Positions 46,351 to 64,000 of a stretch of 64,000 bases of DNA are shown one piece after another (positions within the stretch are counted from its first letter, which is position 1; each line of letters begins with the position of its first letter). The notes beneath the pieces were generated by a model. It did no database searches. It saw nothing but the letters and a program-made list of their open reading frames with translations, and was not told the origin of the DNA. The stretch is from a bacterium (GTDB lineage Bacteria > UBA8248). Made by a program: the position numbers and the translations under genes. The stretch lies in the NCBI GenBank assembly GCA_965213685.1, contig CBDBZY010000016.1, forward strand, positions 384,001 through 448,000, given 5' to 3'.

Positions 46351-46741
46351 CACAGCAAAAAAGGGATGGTTATTTCAACCTTGCTAAGGCTATCTCAGTT
46401 GCAGCTGAATGACATCATGTCACTCCCACACTGAGTTTTAATTTCCCCTATACTCTTGAGACTGAATGTATGCATGCAAATGTGTAAGGTGCCTCTAGAG
46501 TAATGAAACGAACTTGACATGTAATGGATAAAGAGTTCATAATGGGTAAACAGTCCATAATGGGTGTTCACCTCCAGGTTGTACACAAGGGAGTAAGGGA
46601 CTGTCATTCACTCTATCCTCAATCCCCCACACTCCTTCATACACATTTTGCACATTCTTTACATCTGTTCAGTGCCAGGTGTTGAATGAAACTGAGATAA
46701 CCATATTCAAGGGTTAAAATAACTATGGACTTTTTGCAGTG
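46351..46741. mobile_element. CACAG/CACTG MITE, same family as 37708-39304 but without the nested inserts
   Basis: TA|CACAGCAAAAAAG...CTTTTTGCAGTG|TA; internal similarity to 38904-39304. Confidence 0.75.
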
Positions 46742-46892
46742 TAACTTAGTTATTTGGAATATGATTAGAATGGTTTAGCCATTGGAATGACCTACAACCT
46801 ATTTCATGTCATACATGTATATTAAATGAATGGGATATATGAACCACACAGAAATAAGTTAGCAATATAGAGCTGGTAGGTACAAAGGTTCC

Positions 46893-47490
46893 TTATTCAA
46901 TTAGAGATTGGAAAACTAGACTGTCGTGTATCACATGTACGTTTTGACAATGATCGGAACAACGATGGCAACAATGATGGGGTAGACAAGGAGGAGGAGA
47001 GCCATGACAATAATTATCACAAACCCTCTCTTCTCTGACGCAAGAGAGCTCACATCTGCCCCAATGAAGGGTGAGGTTCCTAAACCAACCTGATGTACGA
47101 AACTTCCTCGAAAGTGTCCCAACACTGAGGCCAGTAGCAGAGGCCTCTTTGATGCAACTGGACACCTGCCCCTCCAGCTGCTTCCAATTGCTGCAGTAGC
47201 TGAGCAGAGCCACACAGATCTCCTTGGAGAACTCCACACAGTCACTGAGGATAGCGATGGGGGGGCTGCTCGCAGAGCCGCAAACTGCAGTGCTATTACT
47301 GCCATCCCCTTGTATGACCCTCTATAGTAGGACTTGTCAATCTTCACTTTGATGTCTTTAAAGAGAGCATATTCCTTCCTGATTTTGTACATTCGGAGTT
47401 TCTCATTCTCAAAGCAGAGTTTGAGTCTCCAGCACAACCAACTGTAACTCAGTCAGGGATATCGAAAGGGTCTTTGCTCAAAGCGTCACA
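46893..47490 (-). pseudogene. Frameshifted coding fragment ending in a hydrophobic (TM-like) segment; family unknown
   Basis: Protein-like peptides split over two frames; ends ...GFVIIIVMALLLLVYPIIVAIVVPIIVK. Confidence 0.3.
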
Positions 47491-47554
47491 GAGAGGAATT
47501 CAAAAAGCATTCAACCCCGTCCGTACATGCTTTTCACACTATATATATATATAT

Positions 47555-47917
47555 ACAAGTATATAAAACATTTTCAAAAAATGTATAGGGATGTAGGGAT
47601 GGCCATGCCAAAAACTACAGAAACTAGGTGTAGGGATGGCAGTGTGCAGGGAAGACATGTTATACAAAGACTACACAACTAACCCCATCCCTACATCTTT
47701 TTTTATATCTGAAATCATTCTGCAAGTTTTGCTACAAGATTACTGGGAAGAGCAATTTTTGAACCAAAAAAAAAGATGTAGGGATGGGGTTAGTTGTGTA
47801 GTCTTTGTATAACATGTCTTCCCTGCACACTGCCATCCCTACGCCTAGTTTCTGTAGTTTTTGGCATGGCCATCCCTACATCCCTATACATTTTTTGAAA
47901 ATGTTTTATATACTTGT
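47555..47917. repeat. ~150-bp near-perfect inverted repeat with ~60-bp spacer
   Basis: 47555-47704 is the reverse complement of 47766-47917. Confidence 0.9.
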
Positions 47918-48727
47918 TTGCATCCCTTTTTTAGCACAAGGGTACCATTAAAAGGTAGATTGTTTTTGCCACTGAAGCTTCTTTCAGATTCCAGCAAACA
48001 AATCAGTGGTCATAAGAGCCATTGCTAAGGCGGGGCTTGAACACCATCATTTCTGAAGTTGGGGGGCTGAGCCCCTCTAAAAATTCTTGAGCTAGAGTAG
48101 CTACATGTGTACCTCACTGTATCTAACTGGCCAACTCATCCCCGCTACATAATAGTGTAGTGAAGTAAGACGCAGCTCGAACGCGCCGTCAGATATGAAG
48201 CAGCCTTTGCTACGTCTCGCGAACCTATAATTAATAGGCGTGGCTTCGCGAGGCCCGCCCTCACGTGCTTACCGTTTGCGCCACGTGACAGTAACTATTA
48301 CAAAATGGTTTCCCAAATATGGGAAGTTGTCGGGGACTTCTAGTTTCTGCCCATTTGGGAACGTACTAAGAGTTTTATTAGCACAGATCGTACTTGGTAG
48401 TGATTACAGTGGATCCGTGAAAGAACTACGGTGATTACTTCAGCCAGTTTTGAGATACGTTAGTCTAAAGAAATCTCTTAAGAAGAAGAAGAATAGGAAG
48501 AAAGACAAAACGACCTTTGGAGAGTTTTCTGGTAGTAAGTCAAGGGATGCATTTTAGCTACCTGGGGGGTATTGTTGGGTAGCGAACCACTGGAATAGAA
48601 TAGCTAGGGGCCCAGAAAGGCTTAGAACGCGAGCGTTCGCGAGTTAAGAAGGCTTTCCTATGTACACGCACTATGGGCGTGTCGACGCCATCCCTACATA
48701 GAGAGTCTACCGACTCTCTGATAATAC

Positions 48728-49444
48728 TCAAGAGGCTGCCCTAGAAATCCTGCCATTGACCATGCGCCCAGAGTAGGCGGAGCCAGTTTTACATGAATCA
48801 TCAGTTATACGTGTAGATAACTTACCAGTCACTCTCCCTGAGTGACTAAACTTACCAAACTTACCTCTTCTCTGCACAACAACCACAGTGCCATCCCTCG
48901 GATCCCCAGCCGAGGACTGAGACTGAGGCTGGGTAGAGCATGTTTCTCCATATAATTTGATCTTCCTAACCTCCCACACATCGATTATGTACTCCTTCAC
49001 TAAAGCAAGCATAGAATCGAAATTCTCTGTCCAAAGCTCACAACCTAACACAAAAGAAGCCCTTTCAATATTATCTAATGCTTCAAAGTCTTTAAAAGCC
49101 TCTCCTAATGTGGACCTGAGCTTAATCATGAACTCTTCCCTACTATCCTTGTAAGCAGGACACTCCCATAAAACATGGACAACACTCTTGCACTCATTGC
49201 CACATAAAACACACTCAGTCCTGCCATTCCTTCCCCTATGCCTACCTAACTCCTCATTCAAACCATGTGTTCCTGACCTAAATTTAAACAAGAGTCTAGT
49301 TCCAGCATCACTAACCCCATGGAGGTACCTTTTGAACTCTACTTCCTTACTAAATGCTTTATACAACCCTAACTTAACCTTGCTATTCAATCCTTCCACA
49401 TACTCTTTATTTTCTCTATTACTTACACAGTCATTCACATTCGA
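48728..49444 (-). mobile_element. 5'-truncated non-LTR retrotransposon (RTEX-like) ORF2 C-terminus
   Basis: KLGLYK...LFKFRSGTHGLNEELGRH...CVLCG...VVHVLWECPAY is the post-RT zinc-binding region of LINE ORF2; RT core absent. Confidence 0.8.
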
Positions 49445-50241
49445 CATGCTTTTCACACTGTTCTTTTGCAAACAGCTAGAACTCTGCTGGTTGTGATGCT
49501 ATTCCCAAGAGATTAGTGAAACAACATGGTACAGTGAAAGTAGGCACGGGGTTACTTGTACGTGTTTTGCTCTTGCTGCATACTGCTATTCCTATATTCT
49601 CCAACATTTTGTTTCTAATGCATGTGTGTAGCCTTTTATTGTACAGTAGAAGGACGTAAAACTCTACCTTCAAGTAAGCATGCATGATTATTAATAGGTG
49701 TGGCTTTGCAGGCTGCGCCTAGGTGGCGCGCGCAGGGCACAACCTCACGTGCATAAAACTGTGCCACGTAGAAATGCAGAAGGATGTAGGGAGGGCAGTG
49801 GCAAAATCAAAGAGACTAGGTGCATGAGTAGCAATATGTAAGGAAGGCTGACAGGAATTAAAAAAAAAATTCAACCCCATCTGTACATGCTTTTCACACA
49901 GTTCTTCTGCAAACGGTTAGAACTCTGCTGGCTGTGATGCTATTCTCAAGAGATTAGTGAAAACAACACGGTACAGTGAAAGTAGGCACGGGGTTACTTG
50001 TACGTGTTTTGCTCTTGCTGCATACTGCTATTCCTGTATTCTCCTACATTTTGTTTCTAATGCATGTGTGTAGCCTTTTATTGTACAGTAGAAGGACGTA
50101 AAACCATAGATATTCCGTTAGCAATAATATCTATGGTAAAACTCTACCTTCAAGTACATATAAGCACACATTATTATTAGGTGTGGCTAGGCGGCGCGCG
50201 CAGGGCACAACCTCACGTGCATAAAACTGTGCCACGTAGAA
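49445..50241 (+). repeat. Direct tandem duplication (~335 bp): 49445-49777 and 49885-50241
   Basis: Near-identical sequence; the second copy has a 31-bp insertion with a TSD. Confidence 0.9.
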
Positions 50242-51071
50242 ACGCGTACGCACAACTGTTTCCCCAGCGCTGTCCTTCTGTTCATCAAGGCTTGGAAAGT
50301 TGCAGGATTATTGATAGTGTTTCAGAATTAATTTTGGTGTTAGATACATGCCGTATATCAAGTACTGTGCAAGGTGACAGTTGATTTGACATTGAGACGG
50401 CAGTTAGAGGTGTTCAACCCATACAGATATGCAGACAGAGAGACATACAGACAAACAGAAAGAAAAGAAGAAAGAAACAAAGAAAGGAAGAAAGACACAG
50501 ACATACAGACATACAGACAGAGAGACAGACACTGACAGGCAGACACTCATGTCAGGTGGACGAATGGACGGACAGGCAGGCAAGCAGGCAGAGAGAGAAA
50601 TAGACAGATCAGACATGAGTTAACCCCATGTCATTGCTCCCACTCAGAGTGTGGCAATTAGTGCAGGGTCAAAAGGTTAGGCCACTGACATTCTATGGTG
50701 CACCCCTGTGGCAGCTATCCAACAAAGCTTTGAAGACATTGGAAGTTTCCTTCAATAAGATTTAACTGGATACTCTAGGTGCTCTTCACTTATTCACCGT
50801 GCTTGTAACTCTTCATCATATGTTGTCAGTTCCTCAAGCTCTTGGTAATTGTCATTCTTTTTGTGGTTTCAATTACATGTATGGCAGTCGCTTTACTAGA
50901 GTCTACTCCAATATTGATATGTCGTAATTATGGTGACTTTATTCGCTTTCTTCATCTCTTTCACATGTCTTTTACTTTTTCATGCAATGTACATGATCTT
51001 ATCTCTGTTCTTTCAAGACATTAGTTCCATTCTTTTTTTTAGTGCACCTTCACTGTGTGTGCAATAATAAT

Positions 51072-51198
51072 AATGAAAAGCACTAAAGTGCAAACCCTGG
51101 CGCAGTTACATAGCACGCACACACACACACGCACACACACACACACACACACAGGACAACTACTGTAACCCTCGCTGCGCATGCACACCGAGGGTTAA
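51072..51198 (-). mobile_element. Minimal ~127-bp HINE
   Basis: Both termini of the 13141-14433 element joined by the microsatellite only. Confidence 0.75.
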
Positions 51199-51355
51199 TG
51201 ATACATACATGTACAGTGTGATGAAGGACCACATACATAGCATTTTATATACAATACATAGCAGATACACACACAGCAGACACACCCGTACATTGTCTTC
51301 AGGTGTGGTGTATGATATGATAGGAGGTATGCAACTATTACATAACAGTTCATAA

Positions 51356-52949
51356 TCACATGTGTCTGACTTGGACAACATCGGGAAATGTGGCCACTTC
51401 ATCCGCACTATAGTCCTCCAGTCTCTTGTACACTGGGCATGGGCCGGGGAGGTGGTGGGAGATGTTGGGGCCGTAGGGGTGGGCCTCATCGGGGAAGAGG
51501 TGGAGATGTCGCAGTCTCTTCTTGCGGAGGATGTTCTTAGGTAGCATTCCATTTACAGCCTTCCATAGTATCTGTGGGAGGGATTGAGAGGGAGGGGAGG
51601 GAGGGAGGGAGGGAGGGAGGGAAGGAAGGAGGGAGGGAGGGAAGGAGGGAAGGAGAGAAGGAGGGAGCGAGGGAGAGTCAAATTATAATACAGTAAAGGT
51701 ATCACTAATTGGATCCACACATCTAGCTGGTAACACACTTTGGTTGGGTCTTTCTCATGAACACGTTTGGCCACAATCTCCTTCAGTCCTCCTGGATACC
51801 TGCAGTGGAGGAGAGAACACCAGCAGTGAAGATCTAGTTGGCACAGTATGTAGGCACAGTGATACGCAGTCACATGTAGACTGATGACCCACCCCATATG
51901 ATGACGGCCCACCCTGTGTGATAATGGCCCACCCCATGTGATGACTCACCCCATATGATAATAACCCACCCCATGTGATGATGGCCCACCCCATGTGATG
52001 ACCCACGGTTCCCACCCCATATGATGATGGCCCACCCCATGTGATGGCACACCCTGTGTGATGATGACCCACCCCATATGATGATGGCCCACCCCATGTG
52101 ATGACCCACCCTGTGTGATGATAGCCCACCCCATATGATAATGACCCACCCCATATGATGATGGCCAACCATGTGTGATGACCCACCCTGTGTGATGATA
52201 ACCCACCCCATATGATGATGGCCCACCCCATGTGATGACCCACCCTATATGATGATAGCCCACCCTGTGTGATGACCCACCCCATATGATGATGGCCCAC
52301 CCTGTGTGATGGCGGTACAGTTTCTTGTCCCACTTGTTGCCTGTTAAGACAATGTGACGAGTGTTTATCACGACCACGTGGTCACCCATGTTGACTGGCA
52401 ATGGGATGAGGGGGAGAGAGAGGGAGAGAGAGAGGGAGAGAGATAAAGTGAGGGAGAGAGAGAGAGGGAGAGGGGGAAGGGAAGGATGGGAGGAGGGAGG
52501 CAGAAGGTAAGAAGGGGGAATGGAGATAGGAGAGGGAGGTTCGGTCAGCAATATATTTAATACACGTAATGAGGGACAAGTGAACTGGCCAGAGAGAGGC
52601 TAAAGGTAACCTGTGATAATAGCAATAATAATAACATTCAGCCTAGCAAAATGTGCTATATCATCTAATCAATAAATGTAGCAATAATTACTGCACCTGT
52701 ATACATGTACTTCATAATGCATTTGTGAGCCGTTGGGAGGCTGCGGGCTACGGACGCTGTAGATGCTGTACATGTGAAGCTAGTATCACACTCACTGGCT
52801 GGGTGGTAGATAGGCTTGGTCTTGCCTTGCAGCAGCAGCGCGAGCATGGCTGCCAGCCTCCCGGCCACCTGGTTCCTAGCGTCCACTAGGTACCACAGCT
52901 TGGTGTGCGTGCCGATACTCTGCATGGTATAGCGAACAGCGAAGGGCAT
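51356..52949 (-). CDS. MRPL13: Mitochondrial ribosomal protein L13 (uL13m), 4 exons
   Basis: [27 protein letters not shown] / [23 protein letters not shown] / YPGGLKE / [24 protein letters not shown]; the exact C-terminus is uncertain. Confidence 0.93.
51882..52313. repeat. ~17-20-bp unit minisatellite in MRPL13 intron 2
   Basis: Repeated (GAT)GATGRCCCACCCYRTRT; the first unit overlaps the exon 2 donor. Confidence 0.9.
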
Positions 52950-53308
52950 CAATTAGAGTCACTCGCAGTAGAGCTGCCCATATCAGTATATGCTGTCGTA
53001 CATGCACACGCGGTCTACTACATGGTATTTTCTCCTCCAACAGCAGAGGATAGTGCTCCCTCTACCCACTCACGTGGCTTAGTTTGCTGGCCATTCTTTA
53101 TACAAGCGGCTAGGCACGAGAAAGAAACCACGCGCACAATCGTCTCTATAGGCGCATGCGCTTAGGGGAAACGGTCTGGGAACCAGACTGGTTCATACGG
53201 AAGGAAGGCTCGTACCCGCACCAGGCACCACCCACTATGCGGGGTGGGGCCAGCTCGCTATGGCGAGAATCAATGTTCGGCTATATATAACAAAATTTGT
53301 GCCTGGAC

Positions 53309-53563
53309 TGTCGCAAGCAGTGGATGGCCGAGTGCTATACGCGAGTGTGCTTGTGATGCGCTAGGTCCCGGTTCGAATCCGGCCTCGACTCCTTTCTTTT
53401 CTTTCCTTTTTCGCTGAATAACAGGTTCATGGGTATATATAGAAGGACTTTTACATTACTTTCCGACCAGGGCCTGGTAGCCAAGTCGATTGGCTAGCAG
53501 TAGTCCCAAGTGACTTATCTCAGCGTGGGAACTAGACGGCATAGGTTCGAACCCCGGAGGGTT
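53309..53563 (+). other. Two tandem degenerate tRNA-like / Pol III type-2 promoter units
   Basis: A/B boxes TGGCCGAGTG...GGTTCGAATCC followed by a T-run, and TAGCCAAGTCG...GGTTCGAACCC; cloverleafs broken. Confidence 0.45.
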
Positions 53564-53737
53564 GGCGGACTGAAACCGGCTAGAGGATCAGAGCAATACG
53601 GGCTGGCAGCTCGGTATGGTCTGGGGGCCGCTCTGACTCCTCCCCTTAACCCCACCAGAGAGTTGCGGAGGATCGCGGTTAGGGGTGTCAGCCGCCAGCT
53701 GCAAGGAGGAGGGGTGCTCTAGCTCTGCCACTCCCTG

Positions 53738-54320
53738 CTCACGCGGGGATAACATAGTGGTAACCTAATCACCAAGACCTCACCTCGTAGGCCGTCCCTT
53801 TTGCTTTTCTTTTTCTCTTTTTCTTTTTTCTTTCTCTTTTTTTCTTTTTTCAACTTTTCCCTGTTTTCATTTCCTTTTGTTTTTTCTGTTTTTCCATTTC
53901 TTTTCTTTTTCTTTTTCTTGTTCTTCTTTTTTCTTTGGTGTTTTTTTCATTTTGTCTTGCTTTATGTTTCCTTTTTCTTTCTGTCTTTTTTAAAAATCTT
54001 ATATTAGCCTTTTTGTCTCACGCGGGGACAACATAGTGGTAACCTAATCACCAAGACCTCACCTCATAGGCCGTCCCTTTTGCTTTTTCTTTCTTTTTTT
54101 CAACTTTTCCCTGTTTCCATTTCCTATCAGTTTTTTTTTTTTTTTTCCATTTTTTTTCTTTTTTCCTTTTTCTTTTTTCCATTTATTTTCTTTTTCTTTT
54201 TCTTTTTCTTCTTTTTTCTTTTCCTTTTCTTTTTCTTTTTTTTTTCATTTTGTCTTGCTTTATGTTTCCTTTTTCTTTCTGTCTTTTTTTTTCTATCTTA
54301 CATTTGCCTTTTTTTTCCCT
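53738..54320. repeat. Two tandem copies (period ~279 bp) of a 61-bp conserved unit plus a T-rich tract
   Basis: CTCACGCGGGGAYAACATAGTGGTAACCTAATCACCAAGACCTCACCTCRTAGGCCGTCCC at 53738 and 54017. Confidence 0.85.
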
Positions 54321-54806
54321 GCCCTTCTACAATACTCCCATAAGTTATGGTAGGACATTGCTTTTCTATTGATTATTTCAGATAGAGTGGCCTAAATTGG
54401 TATTCTTCAATGTAGTTATGCTCCAAAATTAAAGATGAAAAGATCCTCTACTCAGTAAGTACTGACTTGTCATGAACATGAGTATAAAAGCACTTCACAA
54501 ACAGCACTATAGCGCAATTTAGGTAAATGGTCAATTGTTCTTTTCCTGTCCCTAGTCAATTGTTTTCTTCAATTCTCTGCATGATGAAATACGAACATGC
54601 ATGCGCACTGTGATAGCAAACCACCCGCTATATCCTGTAGCAATCCACTGATTAATAGAAAAGTATCAGCATTAATTTTGTACAAAAGGGGAATTGGAGG
54701 CATAAGACAACCAGTAGCTACCTGTGTCAGACTGAGGAAACAAAACATATGTACATACAACAAGAACTACAGGGCAATGTGGGGGGTGAGAAATTTCCAC
54801 AAGCTA

Positions 54807-62669
<7,863 letters not shown>

Positions 62670-62950
62670 GAGAGGACTCTTTGGAGAGAAGGTTCACTGT
62701 GGGACAAGTCTTGAATCAAGTGCTAGAATCTCTCTTGGAAACCTATGACTATGTAGTTACTACTAACGTTTCTGCCTTTTCAGCCTGTGTATGTGTGTGG
62801 CAGGTACGCCCCCTTCACCGTGCACGCGCACGCACCTTTGCCCAGATCCACCCCCCAAACCGTGAATACGCACACCTAACGGAAAATATTGTGCGCATGC
62901 GTCGACGAAAACCACGCCCCTTAGCACCGGCGGGGAGGAAAATACAAACA

Positions 62951-63990
62951 ATGGCCGAAGTACACGTTATCGGTGAGCTGGTGGGAGGGAGCGATTTCCC
63001 CTCGGGAGACCTCTTCTGCCGGTGGGGATTGAGCCACGGGAGCGGGTGGAGAGTGCTGGAGGGGCTGAGCGAAGGGCAGACTCAAATAGACCACCCACAG
63101 GTATGTATTGTCACTGGAGCCATAGATACTATAGTATCTATGCCGGCGCAGAGTGCAGCGCTGGCCTCCTCGACGTGGTGCAAGTAACGCTTGTATTACT
63201 GGCTGTTGCTACTTGCACTGTGTTTGGCCAAACGCCTTGCAATAGCTACACAGCCACTGGTACTTCATGGTGTGTTGTGTCTGCTGTTAAAACAATCATC
63301 TTCATTTTCCTTGTCAGGATGGAAAGTTTGCTAAATGGTCGCACCCCATTGGTGAGTATGTTGCACGTGACACACATGGGAGCTGAACTGTACTGTTATA
63401 TTTACACACAGTTAATGTGTTACCTCTCACTCATCAGAAATGGACACTCTTTCTCTCTTGCTCCATCACTTCTCCTTCAATCCTCTCCTCTTCCTTCCTT
63501 CATTCCCCCTCTGCAGACATCCACCTTGCCACAAAGGGCCTGCAGGGGTGGCCAAAGCTGTACTTCCAAGTGTGGCACGAAGACATATTCAACAGACATG
63601 AACTGTGTATGTTTCAAGCTGCCCACCTTGTTGCACCTTATGTGACTAGCTGTGCACGTTTATGTCCACATTTCCTCTTGCCTTCCCTCCCTCCCTCTTC
63701 CCTTTTCCCTCCCTCCCTCCCTGCTCTCCTCCCTTTCCCTACTTTCCTCCCCCTGTCTCTCCCTCCTTTCCTCCATCTCTCTCCTTCCCTTCTCTTCCTC
63801 TCTCTCACCCTCCCCTCCCTCCTTCCTTCCCTCCCTCTCTCCCTCCCTCCCTGCCTCCCTCCCTTCCTCTCTTACTCCCTCCTCCCTCCAGATGGGTATG
63901 GGTACTGTAATGTTCCCACGGTCCCTGGCATTCACACAGTGGACTGTGTGACATGGAAACCTACAGGATCATTCAGAGAGCAGTTTACAT
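62951..63990 (+). CDS. B9D2: B9 domain-containing protein 2 (ciliary transition zone), 5' four exons; continues beyond the window
   Basis: MAEVHVIGELVGGSDF...LFCRWG...EGQTQIDHP / WSHPI / DIHLATKGLQGWPKL / GYGYCNVPTVPG...TWKP. Confidence 0.95.
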
Positions 63991-64000
63991 GTAAGCAAGC

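Noticed and set aside
51755-52333. Gly/His/Trp-rich repeat protein ORFs
   Set aside because: Open frames through the intronic minisatellite of MRPL13.

Overview
Animal nuclear DNA with spliceosomal introns full of (CA/TG)n and (CCCT/AGGG)n tracts. The repeat families and gene style suggest an invertebrate, plausibly a demosponge, but that is inference only. Left block (1-12.3 kb): a STAR/KHDRBS RNA-binding gene (-), UGDH (+), RPS20 (-) and an 8-exon coiled-coil gene (+) that by eye aligns without gaps to the SYCE1 core. Middle (13-44.6 kb): a three-unit tandem segmental duplication, each unit starting at the TIR of a 9-bp-TSD DNA transposon. It carries two complete copies and one 5'-deleted copy of a secreted large-lipid-transfer-protein (MTP/vitellogenin-N)-like gene, which has an RFTR convertase site and a fast-diverging basic C-terminal domain. 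It also contains a full-length intron-containing Ginger1 transposon (integrase+Ulp1+PHD), Academ remnants and several nested MITE stacks. Right block: a LINE fragment, tRNA-derived repeats, MRPL13 (-), a HUNK-like kinase (-) and the 5' part of B9D2 (+). All homology calls come from recalled motifs, not database searches; exon coordinates were read by hand.
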